Assembly (NCBI GenBank): GCA_018385335.1
Contig: JAHAZN010000018.1
Coordinates: forward strand, 5,839 to 69,838
DNA: 64,000 nucleotides
DNA from: Prevotella sp.
GTDB lineage: Bacteria; Bacteroidota; Bacteroidia; Bacteroidales; Bacteroidaceae
Direction of reading: 5' to 3'
Every line of letters begins with the position of its first letter. The stretch's first letter is position 1. The notes under the pieces are model-generated. The model did not search any database. It was not told the origin of the DNA and was given only the letters and a program-made list of their open reading frames with translations. A program made the position numbers and the translations under genes. This document shows positions 16,676-25,699 of this stretch, piece by piece.

Positions 16676-18699
16676 GTACAATCACAAGTCATAAGCTGTC
16701 GTTAACCTGCATCCGTATCCACCTCAAAAAGTGTTACGTCCTCCTCATCCTTCTGATGATGTGTTCTTCCCTACCCATGCTTGGAGAGGAACAGTATAAG
16801 TGGATGAAAACATTGGACAAGGTAACTCTCGAGCGCTTTCAAAGCATGTTAAGCGAGGCGTATCATCCCGATATAAGCAATAGAATCGACTCGTTTGTGA
16901 GTGTAGCTGAGCGGGAGAAGGACTGGCGCAAGACGTATCTGGCCTATAAACTGAAGGCTTACAACCTAAGTGGTAAAGGCATGGTGGAGGAGGCTGCCAA
17001 GAGGGTGCTCAAGATGGCTCAGGTTGCTGAGCAGAGGAAAGAGGAAGCGTCCTACTATGATGCGATGAACCAGCTGGTGGTGCTCTATGCCTCCAGCAAT
17101 CAGTCGTACACCGCCCTTGAGTATGCCATCAAACTGTCGGAGAAAGCTGCACACGACAAGTCGGCCTATGGAATCATCATTAGCGACTACACAATGGGTA
17201 ATGTCTTCTCTTATCGAGGTGAGCCTCATCAGACCATCACATATCTTGAGAAAGCGCTGGAGAACAGTCGCCGCTTTCATCGGGACACACCCTTTACCTA
17301 CACCTCTTACCTCTATCTGGCACAGGCCTACCGCCTACTGCTGCGCGACGACAAGGTGAAGTTCTGTATCGACAAGGCGGCACGCTTAGCCGATAATGAG
17401 ATAAGACGTTTCAACGTGGAATTTACCTCGGCACTCATGCTCTTCGATATCTTGGATGAGGGAGCGTATATAGAACTCTATCAACGTGTCACAGCCAACC
17501 CTCTCTTTGCTTATATCGCTGATAGCGAATCGCGCATCACCTTACAGACGATGTATCTCATCGCCAAAGGTCAGTGTCATGAGGCGCTGAAGGAGCTGGA
17601 GAAGATAGAGAATATCCAGACGCGTTACGAGATGAAGATTAGCGCACTGAAGAAGATGAAGAGATATGACATGGCACTTGCCGTCAGCGACACGCTCCAA
17701 CTCATCAACGACTCTATCCGCTCAATACTGCAAATCGAAGACCTTGCTCAGGCGCAATCGTCGATAGGAAAGGCTACACAGGAGAAGATTGAGGAGGAGG
17801 AAACCTTAAAGCGCCGCCTGTCGGGATTGCTCATCTTCACGGTGCTCATGCTCATCATCATCATCCTACTCGTTTACCTCAACCGCAAGCGACACAGTCA
17901 CCTACGCATCATGAAACAGAAGAACAGCGAACTGCAAGCTGCTCAGCACAAAGTGGAGGTGGCGCTGAAGATGAAAGAAAAGTTTATCAAGAACATGTCT
18001 CATGAGATACGCACCCCACTTAATCAGATCTCGGGCTTCTCTCAAGTGCTCACCATGGAGCAGATCAGCAAGGAGGAGAAGGAGGAATGTAAGCGGGTCA
18101 TCACCGAACAGACGAAGAACCTGACGAGGATGTTAGACAATATCATCCTTATCTCCAACCTGGAGAGCTGCACTGATGAACTCATCCTCAGCGAGTTGTC
18201 AGTAAAGGATTATCTCATCTCCATATACGACCATCTGTCTCAACAACCGACAGAGCTCGTCAGCATGCACATAGGTGAGCATACGGCCGACGAGCTGAGA
18301 CTGACGACGGATAGAGAGCGACTTTCTCGCCTCATGGAATGCCTCATAGATAATGCGATAAAGTTTACTAAGGAGGGGGAGATAGTGATAGATGCCCACA
18401 GGGATGCCAAAGGTGTTGTCATCACCGTTGACAGTAGCAGCGAGCGCATCGCTCCCGAACTGAAGGAGCGCATCTTCGACCGTTTCTTCAAGGTGAATGA
18501 GTTTACCCCGGGCACTGGTCTTGGACTGTCGTTGGCACGACTCTATGCCAAGGGACTCGGTGCTACAATAAATCTCGATACCACCTACCTGTCAGCTGTC
18601 CGCTTCGTGGTGACTTTTGAATCTACCGCAGCAACTCATCCATCATCTTATCAAGCTTTGCGATGCCCTGCTGTGTACAGATGCCACGCAGAGAGATGA
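16672..18699 (+). CDS. TPR-like sensor histidine kinase (orphan)
   Basis: Has an N-terminal TM/signal segment, about 340 aa of helical repeat region and a second TM (LLIFTVLMLIIIILLVYL). Kinase motifs are the H-box FIKNMSHEIRTPLN, N-box DNAIKFT and G-box GTGLGLSLARLY. The start overlaps the GT4 stop as ATGA. Confidence 0.85.
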   Translation: MSTITSHKLSLTCIRIHLKKCYVLLILLMMCSSLPMLGEEQYKWMKTLDKVTLERFQSMLSEAYHPDISNRIDSFVSVAEREKDWRKTYLAYKLKAYNLSGKGMVEEAAKRVLKMAQVAEQRKEEASYYDAMNQLVVLYASSNQSYTALEYAIKLSEKAAHDKSAYGIIISDYTMGNVFSYRGEPHQTITYLEKALENSRRFHRDTPFTYTSYLYLAQAYRLLLRDDKVKFCIDKAARLADNEIRRFNVEFTSALMLFDILDEGAYIELYQRVTANPLFAYIADSESRITLQTMYLIAKGQCHEALKELEKIENIQTRYEMKISALKKMKRYDMALAVSDTLQLINDSIRSILQIEDLAQAQSSIGKATQEKIEEEETLKRRLSGLLIFTVLMLIIIILLVYLNRKRHSHLRIMKQKNSELQAAQHKVEVALKMKEKFIKNMSHEIRTPLNQISGFSQVLTMEQISKEEKEECKRVITEQTKNLTRMLDNIILISNLESCTDELILSELSVKDYLISIYDHLSQQPTELVSMHIGEHTADELRLTTDRERLSRLMECLIDNAIKFTKEGEIVIDAHRDAKGVVITVDSSSERIAPELKERIFDRFFKVNEFTPGTGLGLSLARLYAKGLGATINLDTTYLSAVRFVVTFESTAATHPSSYQALRCPAVYRCHAER

Positions 18700-19255
18700 T
18701 GGAGAGATGTACATAAATAGATTCCATAGAGTTGCCATGATAAAGCTGCTGTTGTATCACGATATCGCGGTGAGCACCCCACAGGTCTAACAAGAGATTG
18801 ATATTGAGCTTAGGCAAGAAATAGCCCTCGTCCATTCCTCGCTTAATAAACCGGCGGGTAAGTTCTTTGATGTGTTCATGCTCTTGGGCAAAAAACTCGT
18901 TCACCTGCGGATAGCGGGCAAGGTCGGCCACAAATCGCGGGTCGATATCCCTCAACTCCTCTAACTGCTGTTTGAAGACCTTGATAATAATTTCCATCAC
19001 ATTATCATTTTCCTCAACAATCTTGCTCATCCTCTTTTCACTTCGTTCACGAGACATCTTCAGTCCGGAAAGAAGTAGATTCTCCTTATCTGTAAATACC
19101 TCGTAGAGGGTGCGTTTAGATATGGTTAGCGCAGCAGCAACATCATCCATCTTCACTTTTTTTATGCCATGTTTGACAAAGAGCGACATGGCAGTTTCGA
19201 GGATTTTCTGTCTTAGCGACTGCCTGTATTCAGTGTTACCTTTATTGTTCTGCAT
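18623..19255 (-). CDS. TetR/AcrR family transcriptional regulator
   Basis: The N-terminal HTH is ILETAMSLFVKHGIKKVKMDDVAAALTISKRTLYEVF. The track start at 19282 is a TTG inside the promoter box, so I trimmed it to the ATG at 19253-19255. Confidence 0.85.
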   Translation of the reverse strand: MQNNKGNTEYRQSLRQKILETAMSLFVKHGIKKVKMDDVAAALTISKRTLYEVFTDKENLLLSGLKMSRERSEKRMSKIVEENDNVMEIIIKVFKQQLEELRDIDPRFVADLARYPQVNEFFAQEHEHIKELTRRFIKRGMDEGYFLPKLNINLLLDLWGAHRDIVIQQQLYHGNSMESIYVHLSIISLRGICTQQGIAKLDKMMDELLR

Positions 19256-19279
19256 ATATAAATATAGGTATTTCTGCTG

Positions 19280-19287
19280 CAAAGTTA
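19280..19287 (-). promoter_or_regulatory. -7 promoter box (TAnnTTTG) for the TetR gene
   Basis: The reverse complement reads TAACTTTG, about 25 nt upstream of the ATG at 19255. Confidence 0.55.
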
Positions 19288-19329
19288 CGATTTTTAAAAA
19301 AAATACCAGTGTTTTCCCTTGATTTTTAT

Positions 19330-19337
19330 TACCTTTG
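19330..19337 (+). promoter_or_regulatory. -7 promoter box (TAnnTTTG) for maeB
   Basis: TACCTTTG lies 44 nt upstream of the ATG at 19382. Confidence 0.6.
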
Positions 19338-19381
19338 CCGCCAATCTAACGAAAAATCAAACACAAAAATATACAATAACA

Positions 19382-21676
19382 ATGGCAAAAATTACTAAAG
19401 AAGCTGCGCTCGAGTATCACGAGCAAGGACGCCCTGGAAAAATCGAGGTTAAACCTACCAAGGCCTATCGTACACAAACCGACCTCAGTCTCGCCTACTC
19501 ACCTGGTGTGGCTTATCCATGTCTTGAGATTCAGCAGGACCCCAACAATGCATATAAGTACACTGACAAGGGCAACCTCGTTGCCGTTATCAGTAATGGT
19601 ACAGCGGTACTCGGTCTCGGCGACATCGGTGCGCTGAGTGGAAAGCCCGTAATGGAGGGTAAGGGACTCCTCTTCAAAATCTACGGCGGTATCGACGTCT
19701 TCGATATCGAAGTAGCAGAGAAAGACCCAGAGAAGTTCTGTGAGGCTGTGGAGAAGATAGCCCCCACCTTTGGCGGTATCAACCTCGAGGATATCAAGGC
19801 ACCCGAATGTTTCTATATCGAAAACCGACTGAAGCAGACGCTCGACATCCCTGTGATGCACGATGACCAGCACGGCACAGCCATCATCTCTGCCGCAGGA
19901 CTGAAGAACGCACTTGAGGTGAACGGCAAGGATATCGCTAAGGTGAAGATTGTGGTCAACGGTGCAGGCGCAGCTGCTATCAGCTGTACCAAACTCTATA
20001 TAGCCATCGGTGCCAAACGCGAGAATATCGTGATGCTCGACTCTAAGGGTGTGATCACCTCCGACCGTGAGGACCTCACCGAGCAGAAGAAATTCTTTGC
20101 CACCGACCGCCGCGATGTGCACACCTTAGAGGAGGCTGTCAATGGAGCTGACGTGTTCGTTGGTCTCTCCAAGGGCAACGTGCTCTCACAGGATATGATT
20201 CGTTCGATGGCTAAGGACCCTATCGTCTTTGCCCTGGCTAACCCTGTGCCCGAGATTAGCTACGAGGATGCCATGGCCAGTCGCCCCGATGTACTCATGT
20301 CCACCGGTCGCTCCGACTACCCCAACCAGATCAATAATGTGATTGGTTTCCCCTATATCTTCCGTGGTGCGCTCGATGTGCATGCCACAGCCATCAACGA
20401 GGAGATGAAGCTCGCTGCCGTATATGCCATCGCTGACCTGGCCAAACAGCCCGTGCCTGACGTGGTGAACGACGTGTATAAGGTAAACAACCTCACCTTC
20501 GGGCGCGACTATTTCATCCCCAAGCCTGTTGACCCCCGTCTCATCACCGAGGTGAGTGCTGCCGTGGCTAAGGCTGCTATCGAGAGTGGCGTGGCAAGAA
20601 AGACCATCACCGACTGGAACGCTTATAAGAACGAGCTCCGCGAACTCCTCGGACAGGAGACCAAACTCACACAGAAACTCTACGACACGGCACGCTCTCA
20701 CCCACAGCGCGTGGTCTTTGCTGAGGGTATCCACCCCACCATGCTCAAGGCTGCTGTACAGGCTAAGGCAGAAGGCATCTGCCAACCTATCCTGCTTGGA
20801 AACGATGAGCGTATCGCAAAACTGGCGAAGGAGCTCGAACTCAGTCTTGAGGGTATCGAGGTGGTTAACCTCCGTCACGACCGTGAGGCTGAACGCAGAG
20901 AGCGCTATGCACATATTCTCACTGAGAAACGTCAGCGCGATGGCTACACCTTCCAGGAGGCCAACGACAAGATGTTTGAGCGCAACTACTTCGGTATGAT
21001 GATGGTGGAGACAGGTGAGGCAGACGCCTTCATCACTGGTCTCTACACCAAATACTCCAACACCATCAAGGTGGCTAAGGAGATTATCGGTATCCGTCCT
21101 GAGTATAAACACTTCGGAACGATGCATATCATCAACAGTCCCAAGGGTACGCTCTTCCTCGCTGACACACTCATCAACAACAATCCCGACACCGAGGAAC
21201 TCGTTGACCTCGCCAAACTCGCTGCTATCTCCGTAGGCTTCTTCAATGAGACACCGAAGATAGCCATGGTAAGTCACTCCAACTTTGGTTCCGACACATG
21301 GGAGGGCACACTCAAAGTGCGCCGTGCCGTAGCTGAGTTGCAGAAGCAGTTGCCTGACCTCGCCATCGATGGTGAGATGCAGATTGGCTTTGCACTCAAC
21401 AAGGAACTGCGCGATGAGCTCTATCCATTCAACAAACTCAAGGGACAGGATGTCAACACGCTCATCTTCCCCAACCTCACCAGTGCACGTTCAAGCTATA
21501 AGATGCTCCAGGCGCTGAACACCGACGTGGAAATCATTGGCCCCATCCAGATGGGTCTTAACAAAGCTATCCACTTCACCGACTTCGGCTCATCAGTGCG
21601 TGATGTGGTAAACATTACTGCCATCGCCGTCATCGACGCCTACGTGGACAAATTAAAAAAGAAATGTCATCAATAA
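19382..21676 (+). CDS. maeB: NADP-dependent malic enzyme (malic enzyme domain fused to PTA-like domain)
   Basis: 764 aa from [23 protein letters not shown].... It has the malic enzyme NAD(P)-binding domain and a C-terminal phosphate acetyltransferase-like domain. Confidence 0.92.
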   Translation: MAKITKEAALEYHEQGRPGKIEVKPTKAYRTQTDLSLAYSPGVAYPCLEIQQDPNNAYKYTDKGNLVAVISNGTAVLGLGDIGALSGKPVMEGKGLLFKIYGGIDVFDIEVAEKDPEKFCEAVEKIAPTFGGINLEDIKAPECFYIENRLKQTLDIPVMHDDQHGTAIISAAGLKNALEVNGKDIAKVKIVVNGAGAAAISCTKLYIAIGAKRENIVMLDSKGVITSDREDLTEQKKFFATDRRDVHTLEEAVNGADVFVGLSKGNVLSQDMIRSMAKDPIVFALANPVPEISYEDAMASRPDVLMSTGRSDYPNQINNVIGFPYIFRGALDVHATAINEEMKLAAVYAIADLAKQPVPDVVNDVYKVNNLTFGRDYFIPKPVDPRLITEVSAAVAKAAIESGVARKTITDWNAYKNELRELLGQETKLTQKLYDTARSHPQRVVFAEGIHPTMLKAAVQAKAEGICQPILLGNDERIAKLAKELELSLEGIEVVNLRHDREAERRERYAHILTEKRQRDGYTFQEANDKMFERNYFGMMMVETGEADAFITGLYTKYSNTIKVAKEIIGIRPEYKHFGTMHIINSPKGTLFLADTLINNNPDTEELVDLAKLAAISVGFFNETPKIAMVSHSNFGSDTWEGTLKVRRAVAELQKQLPDLAIDGEMQIGFALNKELRDELYPFNKLKGQDVNTLIFPNLTSARSSYKMLQALNTDVEIIGPIQMGLNKAIHFTDFGSSVRDVVNITAIAVIDAYVDKLKKKCHQ

Positions 21677-21707
21677 TACACATTATTAAATAAAAGGAGA
21701 ATAGCAT

Positions 21708-22997
21708 ATGCTGACCATACAATTGATTGAACAGGAGACCGACCGCGTGGTACGTGGCCTGGAGAAAAAGCATTTCAAAGGCGCACGCGAAGCCATAGAA
21801 CAGGTGCTTGCTGTCAACAAGCAGCGCCGCGAGGCCCAGCAACAGTCGGACCAGATAAAACAGAAGATTAAGCAGATCTCTTCACAGGTGGGCGCACTTA
21901 TGAAGGCCGGCAATAAAGAGGAGGCTGAGAAAGTAAAAGCTCAGGTGGCTGAACTCAAGGAGCAGGATCATGTGCTCGAGGAGAAGATGGCTACAGCTGA
22001 GAAGGAGACTACCCGTCTGCTCTGTGCCATCCCCAACATCCCATGCGACGAGGTGCCCGAAGGTAAGGATGCCGCCGACAACGTGGTGGTGAAAGAGGGA
22101 GGTGTGAAACCTCAACTGCCCGAGGGAGCACTCTGCCACTGGGACCTGTGCAAGAAGTATAACCTCATCGATTTCGACCTTGGCGTGAAGATCACTGGTG
22201 CGGGCTTCCCCGTATATATCGGTAAGATGGCGCGACTGCAGCGTGCACTCGAGGCGTTCTTCCTTGAGGAGGCTCGCCGTAGCGGCTATCTCGAGGTCCA
22301 ACCACCCTATGTAGTCAACGAGGCTTCGGGCTATGGCACAGGACAGTTGCCCGACAAAGAGGGACAGATGTATCATGCCAACTTAGACAACCTTTATCTC
22401 ATCCCTACTGCTGAGGTGCCTGTTACCAACATCTTCCGCGATGTGATCCTCGACGAGAAAGACCTGCCCATCAAGCGCTGTGCTTACTCTGCTTGCTTCC
22501 GTCGCGAGGCTGGTAGCTATGGTAAGGATGTGCGCGGACTCAACCGTCTGCATCAGTTCGACAAGGTGGAGATTGTGCGTATTGACAAGCCCAGCCATTC
22601 TTACGAGAGCCTCAATGAGATGCTCGACCATGTAGAGGGACTGATGAAGAAGTTGGAACTCCCCTATCATATCCTCCGTCTCTGCGGTGGTGACATGAGT
22701 TTCACCTCGGCTATCTGCTACGACTTCGAGGTGTGGTCGGCTGCTCAGCAGCGCTGGTTGGAGGTATCGTCGGTGAGCAACTTCGAGAGCTACCAGGCTA
22801 ACCGTCTGAAGTGCCGTTACCGCAATGCCGAGACAAAGAAGACGGAGCTCTGCCACACGCTCAATGGTTCGGCTCTGGCACTCCCCCGTATCGTGGCTGC
22901 CATCATGGAAAACAACCAGACACCCGAGGGTATCAGAGTGCCAAAATGCCTCGTCCCCTACTGCGGATTTGAAATCTTAGACGACAAAAATTTCTAA
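21708..22997 (+). CDS. serS: serine--tRNA ligase
   Basis: 429 aa with an N-terminal coiled-coil arm and class II core motifs (FRREAGSYGKDVRGLNRLHQFDKVE, GSALALPR). Confidence 0.95.
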   Translation: MLTIQLIEQETDRVVRGLEKKHFKGAREAIEQVLAVNKQRREAQQQSDQIKQKIKQISSQVGALMKAGNKEEAEKVKAQVAELKEQDHVLEEKMATAEKETTRLLCAIPNIPCDEVPEGKDAADNVVVKEGGVKPQLPEGALCHWDLCKKYNLIDFDLGVKITGAGFPVYIGKMARLQRALEAFFLEEARRSGYLEVQPPYVVNEASGYGTGQLPDKEGQMYHANLDNLYLIPTAEVPVTNIFRDVILDEKDLPIKRCAYSACFRREAGSYGKDVRGLNRLHQFDKVEIVRIDKPSHSYESLNEMLDHVEGLMKKLELPYHILRLCGGDMSFTSAICYDFEVWSAAQQRWLEVSSVSNFESYQANRLKCRYRNAETKKTELCHTLNGSALALPRIVAAIMENNQTPEGIRVPKCLVPYCGFEILDDKNF

Positions 22998-23026
22998 GTT
23001 CACACCACTTAAAACAAAGCATAGAA

Positions 23027-23056
23027 AGAGTATTGGCAAGTTCAATACTCTTTTTT
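23027..23056 (+). terminator. rho-independent terminator after serS
   Basis: Stem AGAGTATTG (23027-23035) / CAATACTCT (23043-23051), followed by a T-run to 23056. Confidence 0.8.
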
Positions 23057-23163
23057 GTTGGCCATCAACCAGCAAACATATAGAAAAGGCATGTAAGTAG
23101 AAGACATCTGTGGACATTGAACACACATTATTATATTTAGGCTCATTTGTCATCGAAAAAACA

Positions 23164-23210
23164 AAAAAAGTATCTTTTTTCTTCTTTATGCGCTAAAAAA
23201 GTATCTTTTT
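23164..23210. repeat. Two copies of a 16-nt palindromic A/T element upstream of gdhA
   Basis: AAAAAAGTATCTTTTT occurs at 23164-23179 and again at 23195-23210. Each copy is itself an inverted repeat (AAAAAAG-TAT-CTTTTT). A third GTATCTTT forms the gdhA -7 box. Confidence 0.8.
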
Positions 23211-23234
23211 GTTTGTTGGTTTGAGAAATTGTTG

Positions 23235-23242
23235 TATCTTTG
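23235..23242 (+). promoter_or_regulatory. -7 promoter box (TAnnTTTG) for gdhA
   Basis: TATCTTTG lies 56 nt upstream of the ATG at 23299. Confidence 0.6.
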
Positions 23243-23298
23243 CAACCGAAAACAACGAAAAACTTACAAAAAGTCTAACAAATAACCAAAAACAGAAC

Positions 23299-24636
23299 AT
23301 GAAAGCTAATGAAATTGTAGAGGAACTGAAAAGAAGATTCCCCAATGAGCCTGAGTACATCCAGGCAGTGAGCCAGGTGCTCCCCACCATCGAAGAAGAG
23401 TACAACAAACACCCCGAGTTTGAAAAATATAATTTGGTAGAGCGCCTCTGCATTCCCGACAGAGTGATTGAGTTCCGCGTCACTTGGACTGATGATCAGG
23501 GTAAGGTGCAGACCAACATGGGCTACCGCATTCAGCATAACAACGCCATTGGTCCCTACAAAGGCGGTATTCGTTTCCACAAATCAGTGAACCTCGGTAT
23601 TCTGAAGTTCCTTGCTTTCGAGCAGACCTTCAAGAACTCCCTCACCACCCTTCCTATGGGCGGCGCCAAGGGCGGTAGCGACTTCTCTCCCCGTGGCAAG
23701 AGCGAGGCTGAGGTGATGCGTTTCTGCCAGGCCTTCATGAACGAGCTCTATCGTCATATCGGTCCTGATGAGGATGTGCCTGCTGGTGATATCGGTGTAG
23801 GTGGTCGTGAGGTAGGATTCCTCTTTGGCCAGTATAAGAAGCTCACCCATGAGTGGAGCGGTGTGCTGACAGGTAAGGGCCGTGAGTTTGGCGGTTCACT
23901 GATTCGTCCTGAGGCTACTGGCTACGGCACCGTTTACTTCCTCCTCTCCATGTTGGAGACCCGCGGCATCAGCATCGAAGGCAAGAGCGTGCTCATCTCT
24001 GGCTCGGGTAACGTAGCTCAGTATGCTGCAGAGAAGTGTATTCAGCTCGGCGCTAAGGTGCTCACCCTCTCCGACTCAGACGGTTACATCTACGATCCAG
24101 ATGGTATCGACCGTGAGAAGCTCGACTATGTAATGGAGCTGAAGAACATCGAGCGCGGACGTATCAAGGAATATGCTGACGAATATCCTTCTGCCGTTTA
24201 CCACGCCGGTCAGCGTCCATGGGCTGAGAAGGCTGACATCGCCCTGCCCTGCGCTACTCAGAATGAGATCAACGGTGAAGAGGCTGCCATGCTCGTGAAG
24301 AACGGTGTTATCGCCGTGGCAGAGGGTGCTAACATGCCTTCTACCCCCGAGGCAGTGAAGTGCTTCCAGGATGCTCAGCTGCTCTATGCTCCCGGTAAGG
24401 CATCTAACGCTGGTGGTGTGTCTGTATCAGGCTTGGAGATGAGTCAAAACTCTGAGCGTCTGAGCTGGACCGCTGAGGAAGTGGATAACAGACTGAAACT
24501 CATCATGGCAGACATCCACGAGAACTGCGTGAAATATGGTACCGAAGAGAATGGTTACATCAACTATGTGAAGGGTGCCAATGTGGCTGGTTTCATGAAG
24601 GTGGCTAAGGCTATGATGGCTCAAGGTATTGTGTAA
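23299..24636 (+). CDS. gdhA: NAD(P)-specific glutamate dehydrogenase
   Basis: 445 aa. QHNNAIGPYKGGIRFH and LPMGGAKGGSDF are canonical Glu/Leu/Phe/Val dehydrogenase motifs. I trimmed the track start (23209) to the ATG at 23299. Confidence 0.95.
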   Translation: MKANEIVEELKRRFPNEPEYIQAVSQVLPTIEEEYNKHPEFEKYNLVERLCIPDRVIEFRVTWTDDQGKVQTNMGYRIQHNNAIGPYKGGIRFHKSVNLGILKFLAFEQTFKNSLTTLPMGGAKGGSDFSPRGKSEAEVMRFCQAFMNELYRHIGPDEDVPAGDIGVGGREVGFLFGQYKKLTHEWSGVLTGKGREFGGSLIRPEATGYGTVYFLLSMLETRGISIEGKSVLISGSGNVAQYAAEKCIQLGAKVLTLSDSDGYIYDPDGIDREKLDYVMELKNIERGRIKEYADEYPSAVYHAGQRPWAEKADIALPCATQNEINGEEAAMLVKNGVIAVAEGANMPSTPEAVKCFQDAQLLYAPGKASNAGGVSVSGLEMSQNSERLSWTAEEVDNRLKLIMADIHENCVKYGTEENGYINYVKGANVAGFMKVAKAMMAQGIV

Positions 24637-24665
24637 GACATTCTTTCCACATAACAAGTAAGACG

Positions 24666-24702
24666 GAGACGGTGGCTTGAGAGCTACCGTCTCTCTTTTT
24701 TT
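24666..24702 (+). terminator. rho-independent terminator after gdhA
   Basis: Stem GAGACGGT (24666-24673) / ACCGTCTC (24686-24693), followed by TCTTTTTTT. Confidence 0.8.
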
Positions 24703-24709
24703 GTTGGGT

Positions 24710-25699
24710 TCACCTGTTCTTCCCCAGCAGTGCGCGGAGCGAGAAATAGCACCACTCCTGCAGACGGAACAGAAGAAAGGTGGGCATGGGACGATAGCCG
24801 AACTTACTGCGGAGTTGCAGGTCGAGCTGCGTGCGGTCGATGCCCTGCCATGTATCACGGATAAGGGCGAGTCCCCGGCGGCGCTCGGAAGAAGTGAGTT
24901 GACGGCCATGGACATGATAGAACATATAGACATCAACGAGGTTGAGCCAACGGAGGTTCTCATATTCGGCGATGAGCGCAGCTGCAACACCTGCCTTCAC
25001 CATCTGCATCTTCATGCTGAGATTAGCTGTGAGATAATCGAAACGTCGGACAGAGACCCTATGTGTGGCCGAGGCAGGATGCTGGAGATAACGATAAACA
25101 CCTGTACATCTGCCCACACGCCGTGATAGGAGATAGTGCATGCGTGTGGTGTTGTCGTCGCTATACAGTCGGCAGGTATCATCATAGGGCACCTTTATAT
25201 GCAGTTCACGCCTCACCATATAGATACCATGGATGGTCCAGGAAAGACTGAGTCGGAAGGCCTCTTCGCCCGTGAGTGTAGAGAAAGACGGCATGTGATA
25301 ACGCCTACAGCGCCCGTCGGTCTCCACCATCTCACATTCAAAGAGCACACAGTCGGTCTCCTGTTCCCCATCTAACACCTCTGCTGCTAAGGCTAAGGCA
25401 TCGTCGGCATAAGTATCGTCGGCATCAAGCATGCAGATATACTCACCTTGGGCTACTGACAATGCCACGTTGCGCGCATGTGCCTGCCCCTGGTTATCGG
25501 AGAGCGAAAGTACCTTGATACGAGGGTCGCGCTGTGTATAACGGTGAAGGAGGGCAAGCGAAGCATCGGTAGATGCATCGTCAACACAGATAATCTCTAT
25601 GTTCGTGAGGGTCTGTCGGAGCAAGGAAGATAGGGAGCTATCGAGAAACTGCTCGGCATTATAAACTGCCATGAGCACGGAGACCTTGATATCAGCCAT
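24710..25699 (-). CDS. glycosyltransferase family 2
   Basis: KVSVLMAVYNAEQFL...VDDASTD...LDADD are GT2 hallmarks. It overlaps the flippase stop by 8 nt. Confidence 0.8.
   Translation of the reverse strand: MADIKVSVLMAVYNAEQFLDSSLSSLLRQTLTNIEIICVDDASTDASLALLHRYTQRDPRIKVLSLSDNQGQAHARNVALSVAQGEYICMLDADDTYADDALALAAEVLDGEQETDCVLFECEMVETDGRCRRYHMPSFSTLTGEEAFRLSLSWTIHGIYMVRRELHIKVPYDDTCRLYSDDNTTRMHYLLSRRVGRCTGVYRYLQHPASATHRVSVRRFDYLTANLSMKMQMVKAGVAAALIAEYENLRWLNLVDVYMFYHVHGRQLTSSERRRGLALIRDTWQGIDRTQLDLQLRSKFGYRPMPTFLLFRLQEWCYFSLRALLGKNR

Noticed and set aside
20186-21277. 363-aa minus-strand ORF inside maeB.
   Set aside because: It is fully antisense to a canonical malic enzyme/PTA-domain gene and has no recognisable domain, so it is a shadow ORF.
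23209-23298. N-terminal extensions proposed by the ORF track. This one is on gdhA. Similar cases are at 14073, 19319, 28119, 38383, 43027, 52576, 19282, 27218 and 63941.
   Set aside because: The track accepts GTG and TTG as starts. These extensions begin at TTG/GTG codons, several of them inside the TAnnTTTG promoter box itself. They also add non-homologous residues ahead of canonical protein N-termini that begin at a downstream ATG.
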